Source: Nitrospirota bacterium
GTDB lineage: Bacteria; Nitrospirota; JACRHJ01
Direction: 5' to 3'
DNA: 64,000 nucleotides
Assembly (NCBI GenBank): GCA_963845245.1
Contig: CAWJRJ010000017.1
Span: 160,001-224,000, forward strand
The notes beneath the pieces are model-generated. The model saw nothing but the letters and a program-made list of their open reading frames with translations. It was not told the DNA's origin and ran no database searches. This document shows, one piece after another, positions 1 through 10,533 of this stretch. The translations under genes were made by a program, and so were the position numbers. Within the stretch, counting starts at the first letter, position 1, and every line of letters starts with the position of its first letter.

Positions 1-199
1 CTTGCACCAGGTGGTGTAGAAGTCGACCATGACGGGCTTTTTGGTCTCTTTGGCCTTCTTCATCCCCTCGGTATAGCCCATCCAGTTGATTGCGCCTGCA
101 GGTTGGGCGCTGCCTTGTTCGTTCTTCTTGTTACATGCCGCAACTCCCAAGCAAAAGCACAACCGCAACCAAGGCGGCCAAGCCCTTTGAAAATTTCAT
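1..199 (-). CDS. Thioredoxin-family lipoprotein (partial, runs off the window; one +1 indel in the signal peptide)
   Basis: Manual translation of the minus strand: GGAGG RBS, MKFSKGLAALVAVVLLLG / VAAC (lipobox-like) NKKNEQ...INWMGYTEGMKKAKETKKPVMVDFYTTWCK, which is the start of a WCxxC motif. Confidence 0.75.
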
Positions 200-221
200 T
201 TAAAGTAATCCTCCCGGTTGA

Positions 222-521
222 TTATTTTGTTTTTGTGCCAATGTATTTCGACGGGTTCTTGTCAAAGGACTTTTTGCAGGACGAACTGCAGAAATAGTAT
301 GTCTTGTCCTTGTATTTTGAGCTGTATTTGCTGTCCGCGACTTTGACGTCCATGCCGCATACAGGGTCGATCACCACGTCCTGGGCGGTCGGGTCTTTAG
401 AGGCCGCAGCCTCCTTGGAAGAACAGCATTTCTTGTCCTGCGAGCACTCCGAATATGCCGCACCTGCCGTAAAGGCGGTCAGTGCTGCAAACGACAGGAC
501 AACTATAAGGGCTTTTTTCAT
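222..521 (-). CDS. Exported YHS-domain protein (putative metal binding)
   Basis: Signal peptide; DPVCGM...YKDKTYYFCSSSCKKSFDKNPSKY is the YHS signature. Confidence 0.9.
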   Translation of the reverse strand: MKKALIVVLSFAALTAFTAGAAYSECSQDKKCCSSKEAAASKDPTAQDVVIDPVCGMDVKVADSKYSSKYKDKTYYFCSSSCKKSFDKNPSKYIGTKTK

Positions 522-540
522 AACGTACTCCTCTCTACTG

Positions 541-1326
541 TTATTGTTGCATCCGTTCCCTTTGCATCTTTTCCATCATCATCCGCTTCATGTCGTCCTC
601 TACGCCGGGCTTCATGCCTCCACCTTGCATGCACGAACCGGGACGGTGTAGCCCCTTCAGGTTTTTAAGCTGGTCGGGGCTTAGTACATCCCTTGCCTGG
701 GCTGAGTATCTAAGTACGGACGACCTAAGCGCAAGCCGCGCATCTTCAACCTGCTTAAGCATGGCCAACGCGTCGTCCAGCTTGAAGTCTGATTTTGTCA
801 CTATGTCCGAAAGGTCGATTTCAGCCGCTTTAACCGCAGCCCCCTTGAGGACCATCTCCTTTTTGAGTGCGGACTGTAATTTTTCAAGGGCGGCTTCCTG
901 GCTTTCATTGAGGTCCAGCTCGTCGCCGTGGGCAAGATAGTAATCGGGGGTCTTGCACGACTTTTGCATCGGAGGCCAGGTCATGGCGTCTATGTCCCCG
1001 TGCATGCCCATTTTCCCGGCGCCATTCATCATGTTCATTCCGCCTTTTTTCATCATGCAGTCCTTGCAGTCCGGGCCGCACATAGCCCCATCATGTTTCA
1101 TGCATGAACCTGCTTTGCCGCACGAGCCTTTTGCCATGGCATGCCCCATTGCGGGCATGTCCTCGTCGTCCGTCATGCCACCCATGCCACCCATATCTGG
1201 GGAAGTCTGTCCGACGGCTGCAGGGTCATCAGACGCGGTTTGCGGGATGTTTTCCTGTGCGAGTGCTAACAGAGGGAAATATAACGCAAAAACAAGAGAT
1301 ATCATTAATACGGTTGTCTTTTTCAT
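541..1326 (-). CDS. Periplasmic Met/Cys-rich Spy/CpxP/ZraP-like protein
   Basis: Signal peptide; Met/Cys/His-rich linker; LDLNESQ and VLSPDQ are LTxxQ-like motifs; helical core. Confidence 0.7.
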   Translation of the reverse strand: MKKTTVLMISLVFALYFPLLALAQENIPQTASDDPAAVGQTSPDMGGMGGMTDDEDMPAMGHAMAKGSCGKAGSCMKHDGAMCGPDCKDCMMKKGGMNMMNGAGKMGMHGDIDAMTWPPMQKSCKTPDYYLAHGDELDLNESQEAALEKLQSALKKEMVLKGAAVKAAEIDLSDIVTKSDFKLDDALAMLKQVEDARLALRSSVLRYSAQARDVLSPDQLKNLKGLHRPGSCMQGGGMKPGVEDDMKRMMMEKMQRERMQQ

Positions 1327-1354
1327 TGCAACCCCCATTGTGGGTTATCGTTGA

Positions 1355-1406
1355 TTAACCATGTAAAAGAATGGTTAAAGTATAACATGAAAAGACTCAA
1401 ATGCAA
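1355..1406 (-). promoter_or_regulatory. Putative sigma70 promoter with an adjacent operator-like inverted repeat for the metal operon
   Basis: Minus strand TTGCAT-N16-TATACT with a TG extension; perfect IR TTAACCAT-N8-ATGGTTAA at 1355-1378. Confidence 0.5.
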
Positions 1407-1491
1407 CTATTTTTGGACGCGCGGACAGGCACAAGGGTCGAAGACGGCCAAGGTTAGGCTAAAGTATTATTATTGCCTTGGATTATGTCGA

Positions 1492-1520
1492 TTGACAAAA
1501 AAAAACCACCGGTTTACAAT
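1492..1520 (+). promoter_or_regulatory. sigma70 promoter of mtnA
   Basis: TTGACA-N17-TACAAT. Confidence 0.65.
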
Positions 1521-1560
1521 AACGCGTATTCCTTTAATTTATAAACGCAAAGAGGGACAG

Positions 1561-2631
1561 ATGATACCTACGATTAATTGGAAAGACGGCAAGGTCTGTA
1601 TGTTGGACCAGACAAAACTCCCGACCGAGGTGATATATGTCGACTGCCTTGATTATAAAACCGTAGCGAAGGGGATAAAGGAGCTTTGGATACGCGGGGC
1701 TCCGGCAATCGGCATTGCGGCTGCCATGGGAATAGCGCTGGCCGCACAGGAGATAAAGGCAAGGGATTTTGATTCCTTTTACAAAAAGCTCTTGCCTGCC
1801 TGCGACCACCTCGCAGCCCAGAGGCCTACGGCGGTCAACCTCTTCTGGGCCATTGAGAGGATGAAGCGGTTTGCCGTAAAACACCGGGAAGAGAAGGTTT
1901 CAAGGCTCAAGGAACTCCTCATTGAAGAAGCCGAGAGGGTCCTGACCGAGGATATCGCCGTGAACCGCGCAATCGGCGAATACGGGGCACAGTTCATAAG
2001 AGACGGGGATACCATACTTACGCACTGCAACGCGGGCTCCCTGGCGACAGGCGGGTACGGCACTGCTACGGCGCCGATGAGAGTGGCAGTCGAGCAGGGC
2101 AAACGCATAAAGGTTTTCGCGGACGAGACGAGGCCGGTGCTTCAGGGTGCCAGGCTTACCGCCTGGGAGCTGATGCAGGACGGTATAGACGTGACGCTTA
2201 TAACCGACAATATGGCCGGCTACTTCATGCAGAAGGGCGAGATAGACCTTGCCATCGTTGGCACGGACAGGACCGTTAGAAACGGAGATGTCGCAAACAA
2301 GATAGGCACATACACGGTAGCCGTCTTATGTAAGGAGCACGATATCCCGTTTTATGTGGCCGCGCCAACCTCCACGATAGACCTCGACATGCCCTCGGGC
2401 GAACACATACCGATCGAGCAGAGGGACCCGAAAGAGGTTACAGAAGTCTTCGGGAAGGTCCGCATCGCGCCGGATGGAGTGAAGGTGGCTAACCCGGCAT
2501 TCGATGTCACCCCGGCAAGGTATATAACGGCGATAATTACCGAGAAAGGCGCGTTTAAACCCCGTGACATTCGGAAGCTCGGTTACAAAAGACCGGATTT
2601 CGGCTCGTTTATGATCTGCGGATGCGACTGA
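1561..2631 (+). CDS. mtnA: S-methyl-5-thioribose-1-phosphate isomerase
   Basis: [51 protein letters not shown] at 1561 follows GAGGG. Confidence 0.95.
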   Translation: MIPTINWKDGKVCMLDQTKLPTEVIYVDCLDYKTVAKGIKELWIRGAPAIGIAAAMGIALAAQEIKARDFDSFYKKLLPACDHLAAQRPTAVNLFWAIERMKRFAVKHREEKVSRLKELLIEEAERVLTEDIAVNRAIGEYGAQFIRDGDTILTHCNAGSLATGGYGTATAPMRVAVEQGKRIKVFADETRPVLQGARLTAWELMQDGIDVTLITDNMAGYFMQKGEIDLAIVGTDRTVRNGDVANKIGTYTVAVLCKEHDIPFYVAAPTSTIDLDMPSGEHIPIEQRDPKEVTEVFGKVRIAPDGVKVANPAFDVTPARYITAIITEKGAFKPRDIRKLGYKRPDFGSFMICGCD

Positions 2632-2643
2632 ACATAGAGGCAT

Positions 2644-4638
2644 ATGATGGCGTTTAAAGGTCTTAGATTAAAGTTCGGTGTGCTGATAATCGTACTCACT
2701 GTATTGTGGCTGTCATCCATGCTTTACCTGGCCCTTTTCAGCTCGCACTCTATTGGCCACTCCGAGGCCGCCGGGAAAGCCGCACCGGTCGCGAGTGCGG
2801 TAGCGTCGTTGATAGCGGAGGACATGGACGGCTCAAATTATACAAGGCTTGAAACGGCCGTGAACGATATCCTCGCAAATAACAGCGAGGTCGCATATGT
2901 TAAGCTGGAAGACGCCTCAGGCAAGGTATTGAAAGAGGGCTCCAGGTCAAACGTCAAAGGGTTGGCCCTGGTCGTCAAGGAAGTAAAAAGGGATGGCCGT
3001 GCCTTGGGCAAGGTCACTGTGGGCGTGGTGCCTTCCGGTCAGGGAAGGGTATTCTCGGACTATTTGGTATGGATCCCGATAAATGGCATACTTGCACTCA
3101 TGAGCCTTTATGTCATAGTCGTCTGTTTCAACAGGTGGGTGTTGGTACCCCTCGGCAGGATGAACAAGATGCTTGAAGGGATGGCGGCAGGCGGAGGCGA
3201 CCTTACCCAACGCCTTGAGGCGGACTCCAAAGACGAGATCGGCGAGATGGCCAAAAACCTCAACACCTTCCTTGGTACATTGCACGAGGTGGTAAAGGAG
3301 GCGCAGGAATCCTCAAACAGGTTGCTTGTCTTCTCTGAAGCTATCGGGGAGAAGTCGAAGAAGTTTATTGAAAGCGCCCAGGAACAGGCACGTGCGACTA
3401 ACGACAACTTCAGGGCTTTGGAGAGGATGGACCTCTCCGTCCAGGACGTGGCGGGAAGCGCGGAAAGCCTGAGCCTGACATCCGTGGACAGCTCAGCGAC
3501 CGTGACCGAGATGGCGGCCCAGGTCGAGGTAGTCGCGGAGAGCACCATGGACCTTTCCGGACATGCAGAGGAGGCGTCCCTCTCCATCAGTGAGATGGCA
3601 AACTCCATAACTGAGGTGGCGGATAACGTCAAGATGCTGGCAGAGCTTGCGTCCGATACTGCGATGGCCATAAGCCAGATAGAAGAATCTATAGGTGAGG
3701 TTGAAGCGCGGGCCAAGGAGGCGGCAGCCATTTCGCAGGAGGTCGCGGAGGACGCCGACGTACTCGGCAACAAGGCCATTGCCAGGACTATCGACGGCAT
3801 GGAGCGCATACGCGAGAGCGTAGAGGACGCTTCGAGGGTGATTGAGGACCTTGGCGAAAGCTCCAAGGAGATAGGCCAAATAGTCAAGGTGATAGACGAA
3901 GTGACAAAACAGACCTCGCTGCTCGCCCTCAACGCTGCCATACTTGCAGCCCAGGCAGGCGAGCACGGCAAAGGGTTTTCGGTAGTTGCCAACGAGATAA
4001 AGGAACTTGCGGAAAGGACATCTGTTTCTACAGAAGAAATCACGAGGCTCGTAAAATCGGTACAACAGAGGTCGAAGGAAGCGGTCGAATCCATGCGCCA
4101 GGGCAGGGAGAGCGTCCTTGACGGTGCCAGGATAGCATACGGGGCCGCGGACGCCCTTCAGCAGATACTGAAGTCCTCCATGCATTCAAAGGATACGTCG
4201 GTTGCTATCGAGACTGCCACGACACAGCAGGTCGAGGCAGTAAGGCATCTCTCTGAGTCCATAATAAATGTTCACGAGAGGGTAAAGTCCATAGAGCATG
4301 CGACGCAGGAGCAGAGCAAGGGCAGTGGCCTGATATCCTCCGCAGCCGAGAAGATGAGCGATATCTCGATGGAAGTGAGGAAGGCCATGGCCGAGCAGGC
4401 TAGAGGGATAAAGGATTTCGCACGCAGCCTGGACGATACCAAGGAAATGGTGGGAAATATAGCCGAAGCCACAAAAAGCCAGAGCGAGAACAGCTCCGAG
4501 CTGGTCAGGTCGATGGAGAAGTTCCTTGAGATTGCACAGGTGAACTCAGACATATCGGCCGAACTTGATGAGATCGTGACCCAGCTACTCCTCCAGGCCG
4601 AGACAGTCAAACATGCAATGGGCAGGTTCAAGGTCTGA
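2644..4638 (+). CDS. Methyl-accepting chemotaxis protein with a long cytoplasmic domain
   Basis: Two TM segments, HAMP ([15 protein letters not shown]), hairpin tip [34 protein letters not shown]. Confidence 0.95.
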   Translation: MMAFKGLRLKFGVLIIVLTVLWLSSMLYLALFSSHSIGHSEAAGKAAPVASAVASLIAEDMDGSNYTRLETAVNDILANNSEVAYVKLEDASGKVLKEGSRSNVKGLALVVKEVKRDGRALGKVTVGVVPSGQGRVFSDYLVWIPINGILALMSLYVIVVCFNRWVLVPLGRMNKMLEGMAAGGGDLTQRLEADSKDEIGEMAKNLNTFLGTLHEVVKEAQESSNRLLVFSEAIGEKSKKFIESAQEQARATNDNFRALERMDLSVQDVAGSAESLSLTSVDSSATVTEMAAQVEVVAESTMDLSGHAEEASLSISEMANSITEVADNVKMLAELASDTAMAISQIEESIGEVEARAKEAAAISQEVAEDADVLGNKAIARTIDGMERIRESVEDASRVIEDLGESSKEIGQIVKVIDEVTKQTSLLALNAAILAAQAGEHGKGFSVVANEIKELAERTSVSTEEITRLVKSVQQRSKEAVESMRQGRESVLDGARIAYGAADALQQILKSSMHSKDTSVAIETATTQQVEAVRHLSESIINVHERVKSIEHATQEQSKGSGLISSAAEKMSDISMEVRKAMAEQARGIKDFARSLDDTKEMVGNIAEATKSQSENSSELVRSMEKFLEIAQVNSDISAELDEIVTQLLLQAETVKHAMGRFKV

Positions 4639-4643
4639 AGCCT

Positions 4644-5834
4644 ATGCGCAGGCTGATAACAATCCTGCTTGTATTATCTTTCATCCAGGCGTGCGCTGCA
4701 CCGAAAACAGCCGTCCAGCCAGCCCCGGGCCTTGTCAGGCTTTCACCCCCTGATTATCCGGATTTCCTGGATCCCAAAGCCCCGGCCGGTCTTGCTCGTG
4801 CCGTAGGCCATTCCATAGAATACCTCTCCAGGCTTCCAGTTTCAAAGCAGATAGCGTATGGTGGCTCAGTCTATGACGTCCCAGGGCAGGTGCGCTCCCT
4901 TGAACTGTTCCGCGAATTCTTGTCCTCAGGACCCTCCGCAAGACTTGTGGATGGGTATGTGAAGGAGAACTTCGATGTATACGAAGCCGGCGGTGTGGAC
5001 GGAGACGCCTTCTTTACCGGCTATTATACTCCCGAGATGAAGGCGTCCAGGTTGCGGGACGACGTTTACAGGTTTCCTTTGTATGCACTGCCCGCCGACA
5101 TCGTCACCGCCGACTTGGGCCTCTTCAAGGATGGCCTTAAAGGCGAAAAGCTTGTCGGAAGGGTAAATGGAAGGTCTTTTGTGCCCTATTTCACAAGGAA
5201 GGAGATCGAAGAAGGGGCGCTTGCCGGAAGGGGGTTAGAGGTGGCCTGGTGTGCCGACGCCGTGGATATATTCTTCTTGCAGGTGCAAGGCTCCGGTATC
5301 TTGGTATATGATGGCGGGGAGCGAAAGAACGCCAACTACGCAGGCGCGAATGGCAGGCCGTACAGGAGCATCGGCAAGTTGCTCATAGACCAGGGCAAAA
5401 GCAGCCGGGACGAGATGTCGCTGGACTTTCTGAAAAAATACCTCAAAGTGCATCCTGAAGAGTCTGAGGCCGTCATGGACTATAACGAGAGCTTCGTTTT
5501 TTTCAGGGTGGAGGACGACGGCCCTTACGGTTGCCTTGGGGTGCCGGTAACGGGCGAGCGGACTATCGCAACGGATAAACGGTTGTACCCGCCTGGTGCC
5601 CTTGCGTTCATCGATACTGAAGCGCCCTTGCCACTTACGGACGGTAGCGTTGGCTGGAGGGCTTACCGTGGTTTTGTCATGGACCAGGACACGGGTGGGG
5701 CTATAAAGGGGCCGGGCAGGGTAGATATTTATTTCGGGTCTGGAGATCAGGCGGTGTTCCGCGCAGGCTATATGAAACGAAAAGGCAGGCTCTATTACCT
5801 GGCGGGCAAGAAGGCGGCTACAGCTCCTCGATAA
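4644..5834 (+). CDS. mltA: Membrane-bound lytic murein transglycosylase A
   Basis: Lipobox; FTGYYTP, FFLQVQGSG, DQDTGGAIKGPGRVDIYFG. Confidence 0.93.
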   Translation: MRRLITILLVLSFIQACAAPKTAVQPAPGLVRLSPPDYPDFLDPKAPAGLARAVGHSIEYLSRLPVSKQIAYGGSVYDVPGQVRSLELFREFLSSGPSARLVDGYVKENFDVYEAGGVDGDAFFTGYYTPEMKASRLRDDVYRFPLYALPADIVTADLGLFKDGLKGEKLVGRVNGRSFVPYFTRKEIEEGALAGRGLEVAWCADAVDIFFLQVQGSGILVYDGGERKNANYAGANGRPYRSIGKLLIDQGKSSRDEMSLDFLKKYLKVHPEESEAVMDYNESFVFFRVEDDGPYGCLGVPVTGERTIATDKRLYPPGALAFIDTEAPLPLTDGSVGWRAYRGFVMDQDTGGAIKGPGRVDIYFGSGDQAVFRAGYMKRKGRLYYLAGKKAATAPR

Positions 5835-6111
5835 ACATGTGCAGGCCGGACTTCTCTATCATATCCTTGAACCTTTGCAGGTCGTCCTCGAACTCTTCAA
5901 CCGTCTGGCGTTTGTCCGTTACGGGATTAAGCTCGTAGACCTTACCTGCTTTGTCTACCTTCCCGTAATAGTTTATGGCTACCACCATCCCTTCCTTGTC
6001 CAGCTTGCTGGACATTATACGGATATACCCCTTTTCAAGAGGTATATTGTATCCCTTGTAGGGTTTTTCTCCAAGGGCCAACTCCGCCAGTTTGAGATAA
6101 TCAATATCCAT
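5818..6111 (-). CDS. Hypothetical protein
   Basis: 97-aa ORF of natural composition; extended -10 box directly upstream of the ATG. Confidence 0.65.
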   Translation of the reverse strand: MDIDYLKLAELALGEKPYKGYNIPLEKGYIRIMSSKLDKEGMVVAINYYGKVDKAGKVYELNPVTDKRQTVEEFEDDLQRFKDMIEKSGLHMFIEEL

Positions 6112-6272
6112 TTGTACATAATAACAGGAAACCTCCAGTTTGAAAAGGGAGAAGCATTCTGTCCACAGCTGGTTAAAGCCTGCCCAATTATAAATATTTT
6201 GACAAAAGTTAGTGAATAATATAATGTAACAGGTAAATTGAGTGAAAAGTCATCTAATTTTGGAGGTGGGCG

Positions 6273-6884
6273 TTGAAGCGGTTTTTCCTTCTGTGTTGTT
6301 GCATCGTAATGCTTGGTTTAGCCTCTGTCTCGAACGCGGAAACCTTTGATGCCGTGAAGGAATATTCGTGTGACCAGCCTAGCGCGGGGGTCTGGTATTA
6401 CGAGGCATTCAGGCATTCAGACGGCACCTACCTCTCAATGGTCTTTGGCCGCGCCCAGGTAACAGAGGTCTCGAAGTACGGTGTGGAGGCGCATTATCTC
6501 CCCGACGGAGGACAGCCCTACTATCCATTCATAACCCTGTTCGATAAGGACATCTTCCTTTCTCCTTCCACTTCCGGCGATAAATTCGACGCAGTGCTTG
6601 CCTGGGCACCGCCATATGAAAGCGAAATCACCGCAAGCGGTTCCGTGCGGCTGATGGGAAATATAAAAGGTGGGGCTGCGGCCGGCAAAAAGGTCAATGT
6701 CAAATTGTCGTTTGCAGGGAAGACGCTCTGGAGTGCCGAAGTCGCGGGGGACAATACCGCGACGTTTTCCGTAAAGTCCGCTGTTTCAGGAAAAGACAGG
6801 CTACGCCTGCAGTTTGAAAATGCCGGAGACGCCTCCGGGGATATTGTCGCAGTCCAGATGCAGGTGGAGACTACAAAGAAATAG
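6273..6884 (+). CDS. Hypothetical exported protein (beta-rich)
   Basis: GGAGG RBS, TTG start, signal peptide ending SNA. Confidence 0.7.
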   Translation: MKRFFLLCCCIVMLGLASVSNAETFDAVKEYSCDQPSAGVWYYEAFRHSDGTYLSMVFGRAQVTEVSKYGVEAHYLPDGGQPYYPFITLFDKDIFLSPSTSGDKFDAVLAWAPPYESEITASGSVRLMGNIKGGAAAGKKVNVKLSFAGKTLWSAEVAGDNTATFSVKSAVSGKDRLRLQFENAGDASGDIVAVQMQVETTKK

Positions 6885-6893
6885 AGAAAATGG

Positions 6894-8468
6894 ATGCCCT
6901 CCTTCTTTAAGAAAAGCCTTGAATTAAAGATAATCGCCGCCCTTGCGCTCATCCTCGCCTTGTTTATGACCCTTTCCTCGGTAATGGAAACGTGGCTGGA
7001 CACCAAAGGTACCTACCAGATAGTTTTCCAGCAGCTCGACACCCTCGCCAACACCATACAGAAAAGCCTTATCAAAGGACATGAGGACCGGCCAATCCAG
7101 CGGTGTCCAGCAGATACTGGAGATGGTCGGGACCGAAAAAGGCATCCTGGGCGTAAGGATATTCGACGAGAAAGGGACTATACTGAAATCGTTCGACCGG
7201 ACAGAAATAGGAAAGTCCGTTGACCCGGGCGTCTTAAAGCATTTCAAAGACGCGGACCGCGACTTCCTGGACCGAAAAGGGAGGACAGCGGATAATGCAC
7301 ATACTGCATCCCTATCGCAAATTCCCCGTCCTGCTTCGGATGTCATGGGCGGGAAAAGGAGATAAACGGGATACTCTCGATAGAGTTTTCGCTGGGCTCA
7401 ACGCAGGCATACATATACGACCACAACAAAAAAACGCTCATACTGCAATTTTTGACCATACTCCTGGTCGGCCTGCTTGTTTATGTGCTGATGAAAAGGC
7501 ACATAAGCGGCCCGATAATGAAGATTGAAGGCCGCAATGGGAGAGGCGGAGAACGGCAACCTGGACATTACGATACCTGTTGGGTCCGAGGACGAGATAG
7601 GCTCGCTCCAGCAAAGCTTCAACAGCATGCTGCAAAGGATAAAGGAACTAAACAGGGAAAACCTGGCGCAGCAGGAAGACATCATAAGGAAAGAACAGGA
7701 ACTGAAGCTTCAGCAGGCGATGGGCGAGAAAAACCGCGCACTTGAGGCCGCCAACCGTGAGATACTCGAAAAAAACCGGTATTATCTTGAGATGCTTTCT
7801 TTTATATCGCATGAACTCAAGAACCCGCTTGTGGTGCTCAAAGGATATTCGAGCCTTCTTCTCAAAGAGGACCTTGGCGAACTCAAAAAGGCACAGCGCG
7901 ATGCCATCCTTTCCATGGAAAAGAACGTGGATTCGATCAGCGAGATGATTGCGAACTACCTGGGCCTGTCAAGGATCGAACGTGGCGAACTGTTACCTGA
8001 CAAAACGGAATCAGACCTGGTTACAGACATTATATAACCCTGTAGTAAACGATTTTGAAGAGGCGGTTGACAGGGCGTCGATGACGCTGAAGGTCAATAC
8101 CCCCGATGCACCTGTGAGCATTTATGCGGACAGGGCCCTCATGAGGGCCGTACTTGGAAACCTGATCTCTAATGCCGTAAAATACGGGCTCCCCGAGAGC
8201 GAGGTGCTGGTCGATGCGGAAAGGTCCGGTGAATCGCTCGTTATATCTGTTTTCAACGAGGGAGAGGGTATCCGCCGGGAAGACCTTGAAAGGGTATTCG
8301 AGCGTTTCACAAGGCTTGATAACGAGACAACGCTGAGCAGGAAAGGCACGGGTCTGGGGCTTTGCATAGTGAAGGAAATAGTTGAGCATCACGGAGGAAG
8401 GGTCTGGGCTGAATCCGAGACAAGGCTCATGGGTAAGGTTTGTCTTCACAATGCCGCTTAAGGGATAA
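6894..8468 (+). CDS. HAMP sensor histidine kinase with a periplasmic c-type heme motif (several frameshifts)
   Basis: Joined fragments: TM1; periplasmic PIANSPSCFGCH (CxxCH at 7332-7346); TM2; HAMP (GSEDEIG); HisKA (SHELKNPL); HATPase (NLISNAVKY, GTGLGL). Confidence 0.85.
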
Positions 8469-8469
8469 A

Positions 8470-9528
8470 TTGGAAATATTTACAGGGATCAGGAAATGCC
8501 TCACCTCAAAAGTGTCCACCGCCGTATCGCTGGTGCGGCTGACTGTAATGGGTTGTGAGGCTATCGATAAGGAAAATGTGTTGCTTAGCAACACGGAGTC
8601 GCAAAAGACCAAGCTGCTCCTGTCCTCGGTTATCGACGGGATCCCGGACGGCGTGGCAATAATCGACAGGGAGATGCAGCTGATGCTCGTCAACCCAAGT
8701 TATGTCAGGATGTTTCCGGGGGCGGCACCGGGGGACACGTGTTACAGGCTTATACATAACAGGGATAGCATCTGCCCCCACTGCGGTGTGGTCAAGGTAT
8801 TCAGCGACGGCAAGATACATGAACACGAGTCAACGGTTTTGCTGCCAGGGGGCTCATCCAGGGTGGTCCACAGCATTTCCGCCCCTGTCTTCTCGGAAAA
8901 TGGTGAAATGATAAACGCGGTCGAGGTAATACGGGATATCACGGACCGGGTGACCATAGAAAAGGAGCTGAAGGAGAAGACCCTGGAACTCGAAAAGGCG
9001 AATACACGCCTGTCCAAGATGGCGGTTACGGACGGCCTCACGATGCTTTTCAACCACCGTTACTTCCAGGACAGCCTGAAGAAGGAGTTCAAACGGTTGG
9101 CCAGGCATCGGGCGCTTCCATTGTTGTCTCTGGCAATGATAGACATAGACCACTTCAAGTATTTAAACGACGCGTACGGACATCAGGCAGGGGATAGTGT
9201 ATTGAAGGGTATTTCCAAAATACTGAAGGGGAGCGTAAGGCTTACCGACATAGTCGCCCGGTACGGCGGCGAAGAGTTTGTCGTGATCATGCCGGAGACC
9301 GACTTTGAAGGCACATCCGTGGTTGCCGAAAGGATAAGGCGTAATATCGAGAATGCGGTCTTTGAGTACAAGGACCTAAGCCTCAAAACCACTGTCAGCA
9401 TTGGGCTGGCTGGACATCCGCATGATAGTATAAAAAACGAAGCAGATATTATTAAGGCAGCGGACAGCGCGCTTTACACAGCCAAGCAGGAAGGCCGCAA
9501 CAGGGTCGTCGTCTGGAAAGGGGTTTGA
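8470..9528 (+). CDS. PAS-GGDEF diguanylate cyclase (start uncertain, 8470 or 8548)
   Basis: PAS with CY...CPHC; DIDHFKYLNDAYGHQAGD; RLTD I-site; GGEEF. Confidence 0.9.
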   Translation: MEIFTGIRKCLTSKVSTAVSLVRLTVMGCEAIDKENVLLSNTESQKTKLLLSSVIDGIPDGVAIIDREMQLMLVNPSYVRMFPGAAPGDTCYRLIHNRDSICPHCGVVKVFSDGKIHEHESTVLLPGGSSRVVHSISAPVFSENGEMINAVEVIRDITDRVTIEKELKEKTLELEKANTRLSKMAVTDGLTMLFNHRYFQDSLKKEFKRLARHRALPLLSLAMIDIDHFKYLNDAYGHQAGDSVLKGISKILKGSVRLTDIVARYGGEEFVVIMPETDFEGTSVVAERIRRNIENAVFEYKDLSLKTTVSIGLAGHPHDSIKNEADIIKAADSALYTAKQEGRNRVVVWKGV

Positions 9529-9529
9529 T

Positions 9530-9961
9530 ATGGGCAGGGTTGTAGCAGTAAGCATAAGCGAAAAGAAAGGGATGAGAAAGACTAACGTCCCGCGTGCCCT
9601 TGCTCTCGAGAACTTCGGGTTTGAAGGCGATGCGCATGCCAGTTCAAGCTGGCATAGGCAGGTGAGCCTGCTCGCGGCGGAGAGCATAGAGAAAATGGTG
9701 AAGGCGGGCCTTGACGTAAAGGCAGGTGATTTCGCTGAGAACATAACCACCGAAGGCATCGACCTGGTCTCTTTGCCGATAGGCACGAGGGTGAAGGTCG
9801 GCGAACTGGTCGGCGAGGTCAGCCAGATAGGGAAAAAATGCCACGCACGCTGCGCCATTTACGAGCAGGCCGGCGACTGTGTTATGCCGAAAGAAGGCAT
9901 ATTCATCAAGGTGATCAAGGGCGGATGGGTAGCGCCCGGCGACCCGGTCGAGGTAATGTGA
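9530..9961 (+). CDS. MOSC domain protein
   Basis: GDAHA...RQVSLL, FAENITT, QIGKKCHARC, CVMPKEG. Confidence 0.9.
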   Translation: MGRVVAVSISEKKGMRKTNVPRALALENFGFEGDAHASSSWHRQVSLLAAESIEKMVKAGLDVKAGDFAENITTEGIDLVSLPIGTRVKVGELVGEVSQIGKKCHARCAIYEQAGDCVMPKEGIFIKVIKGGWVAPGDPVEVM

Positions 9962-10452
9962 TCAAAGCTGCAATACTAACAATGTCCGACAAAGGCTCAC
10001 GGGGCGAGCGCGAGGACCGCTCCGGTGCAGTGATACGGGAGATGCTGATAGCCATGCCTGCCGAGATCATCCGCTATGAGGTCGTCCCGGACGAGTTGGA
10101 GATTATCAAGGAGTGTATTGTCGAGTTAGCTGACATTGCCGCCGCCGACCTGATAATCACCACTGGGGGTACCGGCGTCTCGCCTAGGGACGTCACGCCC
10201 GAGGCGACGAAGGCTGTGATCGACCGCGAACTGCCCGGAATGGCCGAGGCCATGCGTGCCGCGTCCATGCAAAAAACACCGAACGCCATGCTGTCACGCG
10301 CGGTCTGCGGGATAAGGGGGCGCACCCTGATAGTCAACCTTCCTGGAAGCCCCAAGGCCGTCAGGGAGAACCTCGAAACGGTCCTGCCTGTGCTCCAGCA
10401 CGCCGTGGAAAAAATCTGCGGCAGCGATGCCGAATGCGGGATGAACTCCTGA
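9958..10452 (+). CDS. mog: Molybdopterin adenylyltransferase (MogA/MoaB family)
   Basis: GTG start overlapping the MOSC stop; SDKG...EDRSG, TTGGTGVSPRDVTPEA, NLPGSP. Confidence 0.9.
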   Translation: MIKAAILTMSDKGSRGEREDRSGAVIREMLIAMPAEIIRYEVVPDELEIIKECIVELADIAAADLIITTGGTGVSPRDVTPEATKAVIDRELPGMAEAMRAASMQKTPNAMLSRAVCGIRGRTLIVNLPGSPKAVRENLETVLPVLQHAVEKICGSDAECGMNS

Positions 10453-10533
10453 AACCGATTTTCCTTGCAAAAGCTCCCGAAATAAGATATAAATTTCGGA
10501 TATTAAAGAGAAAAGGACGGTCGTTTTGCCTAT

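Noticed and set aside
3108..4094. Long antisense ORFs (also 11508-12419, 15077-15994, 24011-24919, 33555-34505, 59270-60145)
   Set aside because: They are shadow frames of well-supported genes in GC-rich codon usage
9130..9290. Hypr-type GGDEF (cGAMP synthase) to pair with the riboswitch
   Set aside because: The specificity position is Asp (GHQAGD), as in canonical diguanylate cyclases, not Ser
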